A stretch of 64,000 nt of DNA from Candidatus Spongiisociaceae bacterium (GCA_965262915.1 OZ253564.1:3360001-3424000); one strand, 5' to 3'. Numbered from the stretch's first letter, positions 9,235 through 19,620 are shown. Program-made: numbers and translations. Notes: generated from the letters alone by a model not told the origin.

Positions 9235-10865
9235 ATGAGGTTGTTCGAGACCGACCTGCTGGAATTCGGAAGCTACGAGGCGCTGGTCGAAGGCTTCGCG
9301 TGGGACATCCCCGAGCGCGTGAACATCGCCTCGGAGATCTTCGATCGCTGGAGCCAGGACCGCAGACGGATCGCTCTGTACGTGGAGCGAACCGACGGCC
9401 GCCGGGATGTCTGGTCCTACTGGGAGTTGATCCGGCTGGCCAAGCGGTACGCCAACTTCCTCGTGTCGCTCGGGGTCAGGAAAGGCGACCGGGTCTCGTT
9501 GGTCATGCCGCAGAGTGCCGAAGTGGCCGCTCTCCACCTGCTGTCTACGCGGTTGGAGCCACCGTTCTGCCGATGTCCAGCCTGTACGGCCCGGACTCCT
9601 ACCGCCACATCCTATCCGATTCCGGTACCGGCACCATCGTCGTGGCGGAGGACTACGCAGACCGTATCAGGATGGTCACCGGCGACCTTCCCGAACTCGA
9701 GACGGTTGTCATCTTCGGGCAGCCGCGCGACGGTGAGCGGTCGCTGGCCGAAGCAGGAGCCTTTCCGCCCGAGTTCGATCCGGTGGACACCTCTTCGATG
9801 GATCCGGCCATGCTCCTCTACACCTCGGGCAGCACCGGCCATCCCAAAGGCGCCCTCCACGGCCACCGCATCATCAAAGGCTACCTCCTCACATTCAAGC
9901 TCTTCTTCAACGTGGCATTCGACGAATCGACCGTGTTCTACACCCCGTCCGACTGGGCCTGGGTGGGCGGCCTGCTCGACATCCTCCTCCCTGCGCTCGT
10001 CTTCGGACATCCGGTGGTGGCCGACCAGAAGCGCTTCTCGGCGGAGCGCGCCTTCGAGGTAATAGCTCGCAACGGGGTGACCCACGCGTTCCTCACCCCG
10101 ACCGCCCTCAAGATGATGGCCCAGGTCCCCGAACCGGCTGCCGGGTTCGACCTCGACTTGAGGGTAATAGCGAGCGGTGGCGAGTCGGTCGCCGACGAGC
10201 TTCACAAGTGGAGCGAACGTGAACTGGGCGCGGTGATCAACGAGTTCTACGGTCTCACGGAGGTCAACCACCTCGTGAGAGGGTGCGAAGCCCTCTGGGC
10301 GGGGATTCCGGGTTGGATGGGCCTCCCCTACCCCGGTCGCACCGTGGCGGTGCTGGACGGAAGCGGAGAGCCGATCGACCCCGGCGAGATCGGCGAGATC
10401 GCGGTCCGTCCCGGTGATCCCACCCAGATGATCGAGTACTGGGGCAACCCGGCAGCAACCGCAGGCCAGTACCGCAACGGCTGGAACATGACCGGTGACC
10501 AGGGCATCGGCGACGCAGACGGCTACGTACGGTTCCTGGGACGCGACGACGACATGATCTCGAGTGCCGGTTACCGGATCGGACCGGCCGAGGTGGAGGA
10601 ATCGCTGGTGCGCCATCCTCGGGTGGCGGAGGTGGCGGTCATACCCTCACCCGACCCGATAAGGGGTCAGATCGTGAAAGCGGCGGTGGTTCTCGCCGAC
10701 GGCTACACGGGCAGCGACGAGCTGACCGCCGAGTTGCAGGCCCAGGTCAAGACGCAGCTGGCGGCTTACAAGTACCCGCGTATCGTGCAGTACGTCGACG
10801 GCCTGCCCAAGACCACTACCGGCAAGCTCAACCGGAAACTGCTAGCGGCCCGGGAACGGGGCTGA
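9235..10865 (+). pseudogene. Acyl-CoA synthetase/AMP-binding protein, frameshifted at ~9541
   Basis: The N-terminus is in one frame, while YTSGSTGHPKG, YGLTE, TGD, GRDDD and LPKTTTGK are in another; adding one G (CACCTG[G]CTGTC) restores a single ORF. Confidence 0.85.
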
Positions 10866-12825
10866 GACCGGCGACACCCGAAGCAAGACCGATCCGCTCC
10901 GCGACTTCCGCCGCCTCCTGACCGGCGGCGTACAGGTCCCTGGCCCGCACCGCGTCGCCGATGCAGTACACCGTCGCCCGGAGCCCGGCCCTTTCTAGCT
11001 CGTCGAAGAGTTCGTTGTTGGGTACCCGCCCTCCGACCACCACAGCGCCGACTTCGATGTGGGCCTCGACCCCTCTGGTCTGGATGGCCACCCGGTTGCC
11101 CGATATTGCCTCGGCAGTGGTTTCGCGGTGGATGTGAACTCCCGCGTCGGCTTCCAGGTCCATCTCCACCAGCAGTCCGTTGAATGCCCCGTCGGCAGCC
11201 ACGGAGGCGCTCCCCTCGGTGAGATGAATCACGACACCGGCGCGGCGCAGGTGCTGCACGACCGCGCAGGCCGCGAAGTCACCGCCCAAGACCGCAACCT
11301 CCGCCTCCCACTCGTCGATCGGCCTCTCCAGCGCGGAGAGCACATCGAAGAGGGGCACGGTCCGGTCCTCTTCATCGGCCCACAGGTAGCCACCGCGTGC
11401 ACCGGTGGCCACCACCACCACATCGGGGTCCATCTCTCGAATGTCCTCGACGCGAATGCGGCGGTCCATCTCGACTGCGACGCCGAGTTCTTCCATCTCG
11501 CGGGCCAGCCAATCCACGAGCGTCCCGTACTCGGGCAGGGCCTGCCGCAGGTAGTGGAGCTGGCCGCCCAGCCGCCCAGTCGCCTCGCAGAGCGTCACGT
11601 CATGACCCTGGAGACCGAGGAAACGGGCCGCGTGCATCCCCGCAACCCCGCCCCCGACCACCAGCACCCGCAGCCGGACCGCAGCCGGACTCCAGGTGGT
11701 CCGTGACAGTTCGTAGGCAGTGGCGGGGTTGGACGCGCATCCGGCGGGCGTACGGGCAACTGTGAGGTTGACACAGCTGTTGCACCCGGTACAGGGCAGT
11801 ATCTCGTCGGCCCGATCCTCGGCCAGCTTGCGTACGTAGTCGGGATCCGCGTGGAAGGCGCGGGCCAGGGTGACGTACTCGAACCCCTCCCGCTCCATGA
11901 CCATGCTGGAGAACACCGGGTCGTTCATCCGCTGCGCCACGCTCACCGGCACCCGGTCACCCACCGCCCGTCGGATCAGCGCCGCCGCCTCGACGAATCC
12001 GCCCTTCGGTGTCTCGGGTCCCTGGAATATCTTGGACATGGACTCGTACGTGCCGCCGGCCACGTCGATCAGGTCGATGCCGGCGTCGGCCAGCATCACC
12101 GCGAAGCAGGCCGACTCCCCAGCCTCCAGACCCCCCTCGACGTACTCGGCGGCCGAGATGCGGTACCCGATCGGGTAGTCCGGACCGACCATCTCCCGGA
12201 CAGCCGCCAGAACCTCGAGCGGGAACCGCGCCCGGTTCTCGAGAGAGCCTCCGTACCCGTCGGTCCGCCGGTTGGACCGGGGCGACAGGAATTGGCCGAG
12301 CAGGTAACCGTGCGCCCCGTGCAGGTGGATCATGTCGACCCCGGCCTCCAGACACCGCCGAGCCGCCTGAACGAAATCGTCGATAACCCGACGGATGTCT
12401 GCACGGCTCATCGCCCGCGGAACCGATCCGGGGTCCATGAAGGTCGAAGGAATCGCCGACGGAGCGATCGGACGACGATGGTGGGCAGCAATCGAGGACT
12501 GGCGGCCCCCGTGGTGGAGTTCCATGGCCAGCTTGCCACCGTGCCGGTGGATCTCGTCCGCCATCCTTGTGAAGGCCGGTACGACGTGATCGCCGTGACA
12601 TCCCACCTGGTAAGGGTTTCCCCGACCCTCGGGTGATACGTAGGTCGACTCGAGCTGGATCAGCGCCGCGCCGCCCATCGCCCGCCGCCGTGCGTAGGCG
12701 ATGTAACGCTCACCGACGCTCCCGTCGAGGTTGGCGAGCGACTTCTCCATCGGCCCCACGATGAGGCGGTTGCGCATGTACATCGTGTTGATGTACCCGG
12801 GGCGTAACAGGTTCTCGAAGGCCAT
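10828..12825 (-). CDS. NADH:flavin oxidoreductase (OYE barrel + Fe-S + FAD domain, FadH/BaiCD-like)
   Basis: HGAHGYLLGQFLSP, YGGSLENRARF, CTGCNSC..C cluster, VVGGGVAG and IGDA motifs. Confidence 0.9.
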   Translation of the reverse strand: MAFENLLRPGYINTMYMRNRLIVGPMEKSLANLDGSVGERYIAYARRRAMGGAALIQLESTYVSPEGRGNPYQVGCHGDHVVPAFTRMADEIHRHGGKLAMELHHGGRQSSIAAHHRRPIAPSAIPSTFMDPGSVPRAMSRADIRRVIDDFVQAARRCLEAGVDMIHLHGAHGYLLGQFLSPRSNRRTDGYGGSLENRARFPLEVLAAVREMVGPDYPIGYRISAAEYVEGGLEAGESACFAVMLADAGIDLIDVAGGTYESMSKIFQGPETPKGGFVEAAALIRRAVGDRVPVSVAQRMNDPVFSSMVMEREGFEYVTLARAFHADPDYVRKLAEDRADEILPCTGCNSCVNLTVARTPAGCASNPATAYELSRTTWSPAAVRLRVLVVGGGVAGMHAARFLGLQGHDVTLCEATGRLGGQLHYLRQALPEYGTLVDWLAREMEELGVAVEMDRRIRVEDIREMDPDVVVVATGARGGYLWADEEDRTVPLFDVLSALERPIDEWEAEVAVLGGDFAACAVVQHLRRAGVVIHLTEGSASVAADGAFNGLLVEMDLEADAGVHIHRETTAEAISGNRVAIQTRGVEAHIEVGAVVVGGRVPNNELFDELERAGLRATVYCIGDAVRARDLYAAGQEAAEVAERIGLASGVAGLSPVPGPLAVSG

Positions 12826-12835
12826 GCGGTTGCTC

Positions 12836-14046
12836 CTAACGTTCCAGCGGCGTGATAGCGGATGCGACCAGCGCCTCGGCAAACTCGCGGTCGTTGATGT
12901 GATGGTCCAGCTTCACGATCGATACCGGCGAATCGGGAGACAACCCCGACTGTACGCCCTCCGCGAAGGCATCGACCGAGTCGGGGTCGTAGAACGGACC
13001 TCCCTCGACGTCGAGTTGGGAGACTCCCTTCATGGGCACGAGCAAGGTCGCAGCCGCGCTCGGGCTCCCGAGGCGTTCCGCCACCGTCCCGCCCAGCCGG
13101 TAGTTCTCCTCCGGCGTGGTGCGGACGAGGGTGACCAGGTCGTTGTGGGCCCGGAAGGTCCGCTCACGGAAATGGTCCGGCAGGCTCGCCAGGGGCCCAG
13201 GCAGATCATGTCGACCGCTCCGGGAGCGATAGCTTGGGGAACTCCGGACTGCGACGCTGCGGTCAGGCGGTCGGATCCCGCCGGCCACAGGCCCCCGAAC
13301 AGCTCGTCGGTCATCTCGCTGATGGTTACAGCGATTGCCGACGAGACCAGGCCTTGGGTGATGAAGGACTCGAACGACCGGCCTCCGGTCTCGTTGGCAT
13401 GGAAGACCAGCGGCTCCTTGCCTTGCGCGACGAGCAGGTTCCGGCAGTGGGTCACGCAGGTGTTGGTCACCCCGTACATGGTGAGGCCGACCGAGTTCTC
13501 CGGTCCGCTCCCCTGCTGCAGGCGGCCGGAGCGCAGCAGGGCCACCGCCACCTGCGCCAGCCGGTTGATCATGCCCCGCAGGATGCTGTTGTCGCCCTCG
13601 ATGTCGAGTATCGGGTAGAGCATGGTGACATCGCTGCCACCCACCAGCGCCCTGGTCTCCCCGGCGACCGAGGTCGCCATCAGGATCTTGGGGATACCGA
13701 TGGGGAGTAGCGGCGCGAGCCGCGTGAAGACCGCCGCGGCGTTGGAGCCCCCCATGCAGACGAGGGCTCCCACTTCACCTTCCTCGAGGAGCCGGGTCAG
13801 GATGCGGGACGCACCCCGGGTCATGACCGACACTCCACCGGCCCTTCCCATAGGCGGAAGGTCTGCCAGCGAGTAACCGGCGGCCTCGGCTACTTCCTCT
13901 GCCGGGTGATCGCACCCGTGGTCACCACCGAAGACGCCCGTGTCGATCATAACGGGAACCGCTCCCAAGGCTCTGAGGGTGCTCGCCAAGAACTCCAGTG
14001 GTTCTGCCTTCGTGTCGAAAGCACCCGCAATGACTACGCGGCTCAC
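12836..14046 (-). pseudogene. Tm-1-like ATP-binding (UPF0261) protein, frameshifted at ~13193
   Basis: FDTKAE, LPIGIPK, VGLTMYGVT, VFHANETGG and PGAVDM, continuing in another frame with HNDLVTLVRT and HINDREFA. Confidence 0.85.
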
Positions 14047-14100
14047 GGCCCGCACCCGACTCGGGGCGTTGACCCTGTCGCCATCATCACTCGAGATCCT

Positions 14101-14868
14101 CTAGATGGTTACGCTCTTGAAGGATCGCACTGTATTCTCGATGGCTACTTCGGTCGGGAGGCGCTCCATCGTGGAGGCGCCGACGAACCCGTAGCAACCG
14201 GAGCCGCGCATCACCGTCGCGACCTCCTCGGGACCCTCAAGCGGTCCTCCATGTAGTACCACCAGGATGTCGGGGTTTATGGCTGTCGAGATCTCCCTGG
14301 TCTCGACAGCCTGGCTGATGCAGGCATTGAGCGACATCGTGAAGGAGTCGGTCGCGCCGATGCTGCCTCCCGTGGTGAGACCGAGGTGGGCCACCATCAC
14401 GTCGACCCCGGCCTCGGCAAAAGCGGCCGCCTCGTGGGACTCGTAGCAGTAGGACATTGTGAACATGCCCCGTTCCGAAGCCTTCCTGAGCATCTCGACC
14501 TCCCGGTACAGACCGAACCCGGTGGCTTCCAGGCTCTCTCTCCAGCGCCCGTCCGTGTACCCGATGGACGGGAAATTGATCACCCCGGAGAAGCCCATCG
14601 CCTCTACTTGTCCGAGGAACCTGTCCATCACCCGGGTGGGGTCGGTGCCGTTCACCCCTGCGATGACCGGCGTGTTCCTCACCACCGGCAGCACCTCCCT
14701 CTCCCCCATCTCCATGACGATGGCGTTGGCGTCGCCGATAGGCAGAAGTCCTGCGTTGGAGCCGTGGCCGGCCATGCGGTATTTGCCGGAGTTGTAGATG
14801 AGGATCAGGTCGGTGCCGCTCGCCAAAGTTGCCCGGAGTCTCTCCAGTACCTGATCCCTGGTAAACAT
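14101..14868 (-). CDS. Phosphoenolpyruvate-hydrolase-like TIM-barrel protein, apparently missing ~20 N-terminal residues
   Basis: LIYNSGKYRMAG, DANAIV, GVNGTDP, HLGLTTGG and GFVGASTMERLP; the usual GAGTGxSAK segment is absent. Confidence 0.85.
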   Translation of the reverse strand: MFTRDQVLERLRATLASGTDLILIYNSGKYRMAGHGSNAGLLPIGDANAIVMEMGEREVLPVVRNTPVIAGVNGTDPTRVMDRFLGQVEAMGFSGVINFPSIGYTDGRWRESLEATGFGLYREVEMLRKASERGMFTMSYCYESHEAAAFAEAGVDVMVAHLGLTTGGSIGATDSFTMSLNACISQAVETREISTAINPDILVVLHGGPLEGPEEVATVMRGSGCYGFVGASTMERLPTEVAIENTVRSFKSVTI

Positions 14869-14902
14869 CGCTGTTCCTACTCCCTCCCGTCGATCGGTGT
14901 GC

Positions 14903-15696
14903 TCAGTCGACCATTATCAGGCCGCCGTTGACATGGATGGTCTAGCCGGTCACGTAGGCCCCGGCGTCCGACGCCAGGAAGATGGCCGGCCCCACCAGGT
15001 CTTCGGCCACCTCCATGCGGCCGAGCGGGATGTACTTCTCGTACTCGAACAGGTAGTCCCGGTGGTGGGCGTGCATGGGTGTATCCACAGCCCCGGGTGC
15101 GATGGCGTTGACTCTCACGCCATGCGGGCCACGTCCTGGGCGGCGGCCCTGCTCAGGGACTGCAGCGCCGCCTTTGCGGAGCAGTAGTCGATCCCGCCAC
15201 CGTCCTGGTTGAACACCGACGCCCGGGACGACCACGAACTGCCGATGTTGATGACGCTGCCCCTTCCGGCGGCGACCATCTCCTTGAGAACCTCCCGCAT
15301 GATCCGCATCGGCGCCTTGAGGTTGATCCCGTACATCCGGTCCCACTGCTCGTCGGTGATCCCGATGATGTCGGCGTATCCCATGATGCCGGCGTTGTTG
15401 GTCAGGACATCGATCCGGCCGCTGAGATCCTTGGCCGCGGTGACGATTCGCTCCGGCGCGTCAGGGTCGGTCACGTCGGCCACCACGGTCGCCACACCGT
15501 GCCCGATCTCCAGGGTCCCGGCTGCGGTCTCATGCAGTAGCGAGCCGTTGAGATCCACCAGAACCGTGTCGCTACCGGAGTGGGCCAACCCGGTGGCCAA
15601 GGCCTTGCCGATACCCTGGCCCGCGCCCGTGACGATGCTGCAGTAGCTGCTCAGATCGAACAGGTTTCGTGATATGTCCGGAAACGGGAGACTCAA
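14903..15696 (-). pseudogene. SDR oxidoreductase with a frameshift (~15127) and an in-frame TAG (14942-14944)
   Basis: TGAGQGIG, NNAG and YCSAK, then VRVNAIAPG in another frame; ends YVTG*TIHVNGGLIMVD. Confidence 0.85.
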
Positions 15697-16016
15697 CTTT
15701 CGGGCCCTTCTGCCGGCGGATCGGGGTTCGGGGGTCGATGCGGCGGCCATGTTAGTGAGAGGGAGCGCGGATGGGGAGAATCACCCGGAGGGCTTCTTCA
15801 TACCCGAGTTGCACCCATCGCGGGAGCGCGTCGGGTGTGGATATCGAGCCTCCGTGAGCCACCCGTGATGCCCACCGGCGGACCCGAACCTATCCGTGCA
15901 CGCTCCACCGTTCGATTGCGGGAAACGGGTTCGTCGCCCACGGATCGAGACCGTCCGATCAGCCCCCGTCCTCCCGACCTCATCGGACGGGCCTGTCATA
16001 CGACGACCGGGGTAGC

Positions 16017-16748
16017 ATGCCTCCTGTGAGGACACACGGAACACCGGGGCGACTTTCGGGCCTCCCGATCTCCCTTGTCTTGCTCCTGCTCGTACTCGCA
16101 TCGGCCTGTGGGGATCCGGACACCCCTGCCGCAGAACAAACGACCGTACCCGCGACCACCACCTCTGACGCGCCTCCTCCGAGCACAGCCACCACCATGA
16201 CCACCACTATCGGGACCACCACTACCGCTGCCCCCACCACTACCGCCGCCCCCACCACTACCGCTGCTCCCGTCCCGGCGATCGATCCCCCTCCGGTGCT
16301 GCGTGAGGACACCCCCCCGCTGGTGGACATCGACGGCTGGCTGGCCTCGGATGTCACCTCGTTGGAGGAGCTGAGAGGCTCGGTGGTGGTGGTCGAGTTC
16401 TGGACCTTCGGTTGCTACAACTGCAAGAACCGCATCCCCTACACCCAGGACCTGTACGCCAACTACAAGGACCACGGTCTGGAGATAGTCGGCATCCACT
16501 CCCCCGAGTTCGCGTACGAACGTGAGGTGGCCAACATCGAGGAAGCGATGGTCGATCTCGGCGTTACGTGGCCGGTCGTGCTGGACACCGACCGGCAGAC
16601 CTTCCGTGAGTGGCAGGGACGCCCCGCCTACTGGCCTCGCACCTATGTCCTGGACCGTCAGGGCCGGATCCGGTTCGACCACATCGGCGAGGGCGCCTAC
16701 GACGAACTGTTCGAGGTAGTCGACTACCTGCTGACCGAAAGCGCGTGA
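16017..16748 (+). CDS. Thioredoxin-fold (redoxin) lipoprotein, DipZ C-terminal-like
   Basis: Lipobox LASAC, Thr/Pro linker, FWTFGCYNC (CxxC), GIHSPEF and YWP. Confidence 0.88.
   Translation: MPPVRTHGTPGRLSGLPISLVLLLLVLASACGDPDTPAAEQTTVPATTTSDAPPPSTATTMTTTIGTTTTAAPTTTAAPTTTAAPVPAIDPPPVLREDTPPLVDIDGWLASDVTSLEELRGSVVVVEFWTFGCYNCKNRIPYTQDLYANYKDHGLEIVGIHSPEFAYEREVANIEEAMVDLGVTWPVVLDTDRQTFREWQGRPAYWPRTYVLDRQGRIRFDHIGEGAYDELFEVVDYLLTESA
16214..16272 (+). repeat. 18-bp tandem repeat encoding a (P/T)TTTAA linker
   Basis: About three copies of CCACCACTACCGCYGCYC inside the lipoprotein linker. Confidence 0.7.
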
Positions 16749-17344
16749 GCCTGGTCGGCGAGGCCATCCGCGCCGGTCTTCAACCCTGTTCCTACTCGCT
16801 CCTCATCCTTGCTCTGGTCGTCCTCGGTCTGCGGGGCCGGAGAGCCCGGCTCCCAGGTCTCGGGGTTTACTACGCGGCTACCACCCTCTTCGCGTGGATA
16901 CCCTTCGTCGGCGTCAACCCGCTGCTGGACGGTAGGATCGCCGGAACCATCGCCCTGCCGGCCGGACTGCTGCTTGCCGGCTGGAGAGCGACCGGGAGGG
17001 ACAACTCCCCCGCCGTTGGACTTGCCGGGGTGGCTGTGGTCGGCGCATTCGCCGGGGCTACATGGCTTCCGTGCGTCGGCCGGGAACTGGGTGCGGTCCT
17101 GACCGCCGCCACCACCGACCCCTGGCCGGGCCTGGTGGGTCTGGCCGTGTACCTGTTGGGAGCCATGTGGATAGCGCTGGTTGCGACCGTCATCGGTGAC
17201 TACGTTCCCCCGATCCGCCGGGCTTTGGAGAAGCAATCGGTGATCAACGGCTTCAGGGTCGTGGGAGGAGCCATCGTTCTCACAGTCGCCGTCGACCTGT
17301 ATCCCCTCCTGCTGAGCCACCTGGCGCGCCTGTCATCCCTATGA
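16745..17344 (+). CDS. CcdA/DsbD-beta-like membrane electron transporter
   Basis: Two Pro-Cys motifs (LQPCS, WLPCVG) in hydrophobic helices; GTGA overlap with the redoxin gene. Confidence 0.7.
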   Translation: MSLVGEAIRAGLQPCSYSLLILALVVLGLRGRRARLPGLGVYYAATTLFAWIPFVGVNPLLDGRIAGTIALPAGLLLAGWRATGRDNSPAVGLAGVAVVGAFAGATWLPCVGRELGAVLTAATTDPWPGLVGLAVYLLGAMWIALVATVIGDYVPPIRRALEKQSVINGFRVVGGAIVLTVAVDLYPLLLSHLARLSSL

Positions 17345-17361
17345 CCGCGAGGGCCGTCCAG

Positions 17362-17460
17362 GAGGGTGCCAAGAAACGGTGATATCGGTTGGCCCGCCGT
17401 CCGCTGACCTGGCATTCTGTCATCGACCGTCGGGCCAACGGGGGGTTTCTCAGCACCCTC
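17362..17460. mobile_element. MITE-like element, copy A
   Basis: Ends GAGGGTGCCAAGAAAC ... GTTTCTCAGCACCCTC; interior similar to copies B, C and E; flanks CCAG/CATG. Confidence 0.75.
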
Positions 17461-17598
17461 CATGAGGTCGCGGCGCCCGAAGCCGTCTCGTATCGTTCCC
17501 GATCCTGAACGCGTGGCCCTGTCTCGCCTCGCATCCCATCCGAAGGAACAACCTGCGTTCCGTGTCGGGGGACCTCGGTAAACTCACCGAGGCGGTGA

Positions 17599-18036
17599 GT
17601 GGACCGCGCCGCCTCGTCGGCCAAGAGCGGAGCAAGACGCGACATGGACGTGACAATCACCGCCAACGCGCTGGCCAGATATGTGCCGGTGCTACGAGCT
17701 TCGGATGACGACTTTCGTCTGCGGGTGGTTCTGCACGATTTCGGGATGGTCTTCCAGCACGCCACAACCCTGGACCGCTCGTTTCTCGTCTCGGAGGAAC
17801 CTGAGCTGTTCGATCCCCGATGGGACGCTTTCCTCGCCGCCTATACCGAGCATCTGTGCTACCACGCCGCCATCCCCACCCCGGCCTGGGTCTTCACAGC
17901 CGACCGTCACCTCCCCCGCTTCTGGTACCCGGGGCGACGTTTCCCCCGCGAGCGGGCGGCGACGATCCTCACGACGCCCGCGGCGTTCGAGGTCCACGGG
18001 ATATGGTTTCCGGAGCGGGAACTCGAGGTTGTCTAG
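17599..18036 (+). CDS. Putative antitoxin/partner of a nucleotidyltransferase toxin
   Basis: EEPELFDPRWDAFLAAYTEHL, PAWV and TPAAFEVHGIW pattern; stop overlaps the next GTG start. Confidence 0.65.
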   Translation: MDRAASSAKSGARRDMDVTITANALARYVPVLRASDDDFRLRVVLHDFGMVFQHATTLDRSFLVSEEPELFDPRWDAFLAAYTEHLCYHAAIPTPAWVFTADRHLPRFWYPGRRFPRERAATILTTPAAFEVHGIWFPERELEVV

Positions 18037-18626
18037 TGGAGCCGCTGACCGAGGCTGAGATCCGTGCCGCTCTGGAAGAACTCGCCGAACGGCTATCCGC
18101 AAGGCGTGCGCAAGGACGGCTCTACGTCGCCGGCGGGGCCGCCATGGCCTTGGCGTACGACAGTGACAAGCTGACGCGTGACATAGACGCGGCGATCATC
18201 GAGGGTCATGGCGCTGTCATCGAGGCCGCACGCGAGATTGCCCTCTCCCGGCAATGGCCGAGCACGTGGATCAACGAGCAGGCAACTCCCTACATGCCGA
18301 CCGTCCCGGACCGGCGTGGTCTGGTCGTATTCGACCATCCGGCGCTGAAAGTGGTCGTCGCCTCCCGGGAACACATGCTGGCCATGAAAGTGAGGGCGGC
18401 ACGATCTTCGGACGTCGCCGATACGCGGCGCCTCCTCCAGGAGACAGGCCTATCCGGGGCGGACGAGGTCGAGGCCCTCGTAGAGTCGGTCTTCCCCGGA
18501 GAATGCCTCGGCGGACGGCAGCGACGATGGCTCGAAGATCTTCTGAATGCCTCGGCGGACGGCAGCGACGGACATACCAACCCACCCGTACGAGGGTGCT
18601 CTAGGGGAATGCCCGTCGTCCGCTGA
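18036..18626 (+). CDS. Nucleotidyltransferase (DUF6036/AbiEii-like) putative toxin
   Basis: LYVAGGAAMAL..TRDIDA (GG + DxD NTase motif) and MLAMKVRAAR..D. Confidence 0.8.
   Translation: MEPLTEAEIRAALEELAERLSARRAQGRLYVAGGAAMALAYDSDKLTRDIDAAIIEGHGAVIEAAREIALSRQWPSTWINEQATPYMPTVPDRRGLVVFDHPALKVVVASREHMLAMKVRAARSSDVADTRRLLQETGLSGADEVEALVESVFPGECLGGRQRRWLEDLLNASADGSDGHTNPPVRGCSRGMPVVR
18501..18570 (+). repeat. 26-bp perfect direct repeat with 18-bp spacer
   Basis: GAATGCCTCGGCGGACGGCAGCGACG at 18501-18526 and 18545-18570. Confidence 0.9.
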
Positions 18627-18679
18627 CATGACGTACTGTCCTTGACCGTCGCTCCCCCCGGGGGGTGTTGACCACCCTC
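18592..18679. mobile_element. MITE-like element, copy B (degenerate)
   Basis: GAGGGTG ... CACCCTC ends; interior GCCCGTCGTCCGCTGAC..CTGTC..TGACCGTCG matches copy A; right flank CTAG. Confidence 0.65.
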
Positions 18680-18769
18680 CTAGAAACGATCTCGCCGCTG
18701 GTCGGCCATTGACCCGCCCGGCACCGGATGTCGACCGGGCAACGACCAAAGGAGCGGGACCCGCCTCGT

Positions 18770-18902
18770 CGCCCAGGCGCGGCACCGCCACCGAGAAGTT
18801 GACCCTACCGAGGTAGTAGACCGCGTAGACCGACCATGCCGACGCGATCAGACCCCACCGGGTGCGCGATTCGGATGAGTCCGGTGGAGTGGCGGAGGTC
18901 AA
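18770..18902 (-). pseudogene. 5' fragment of a GlpT/UhpC-like MFS transporter
   Basis: RWGLIASAWSVYAVYYLGRVNFSVAVP matches the first MFS helix, then similarity stops. Confidence 0.65.
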
Positions 18903-19440
18903 CCGCCGTCCTGGTGGTCCGTAGAAGGGGCGCCGATGACCCAGATCTTGGCAGGGTCGAACCGCACCGATATCTCGTCCCCTTCGTTGAACTCCTTGAC
19001 CTGTCCCGGATCGGTTGTGACTTCGATCTCGGCATCCCCGATAGTGAGCCGGAAGCGGGCGTAGCGTCCCACGTACACGTGTGAGCGGACCGTTCCCATG
19101 ACGCTGTTGTCGCCTCCGACACCCAGGTCGAGCGCCTCCGGGCGGATGCTGAGCACCGCTTCTCCATAGGCAACCGAGGAGTGCGGGGCCCGGAACCGGC
19201 CGATCGAGGTGGTCATCGCACCGTCCTCGTAGCGGCCGGGAATGAAGTTCGTGCCACCGAAGAACTTGGCTATCGGGATGCTCCCGGGCGTCTCGAAGAA
19301 AGCGTCCGGAACGTCGAACTGCTGGAGGCGGTCGTGGAACAGCAGGGCGATCCTGTCGGCGAGGACCACCGCCTCTTCCTGGTCATGGGTCACGAAGACA
19401 GTGATGATTCCCATTTCGGTCTGGATACGGCGGATCATGC
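18899..19440 (-). pseudogene. 3' half of an ABC transporter ATPase (PotA/MalK-like, TOBE domain)
   Basis: IRRIQTEMGIITVFVTHDQEEAVVLADRI and LSIRPE are present; Walker A and the signature motif are absent. Confidence 0.85.
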
Positions 19441-19620
19441 GTCTCCACTTCTGCCCCGTAGCAACCCAGACCGGCGAACCCCACATCGTCCAGAACCACC
19501 AGCACGACATCGGGCTTGCCGCGGGCGTCACTCGCCATGGGAGGCCACCAAGGGACCGACTCCCGGAAATCGGGGCCGATCACACCCTGGAAGCCGGGCT
19601 CGGGATCGCTCGGCGCCGCC
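19440..19620 (-). pseudogene. 5' fragment of an arylsulfatase
   Basis: FQGVIGPDFRESVPWWP..KPDVVLVVLDDVGFAGLGCYGAEVET is a sulfatase N-terminus, cut before the CxPxR motif. Confidence 0.8.

Noticed and set aside
18501-18570. Mini-CRISPR (26-bp repeats with a spacer)
   Set aside because: Only two units, an 18-bp spacer, located within a CDS, and no cas genes.
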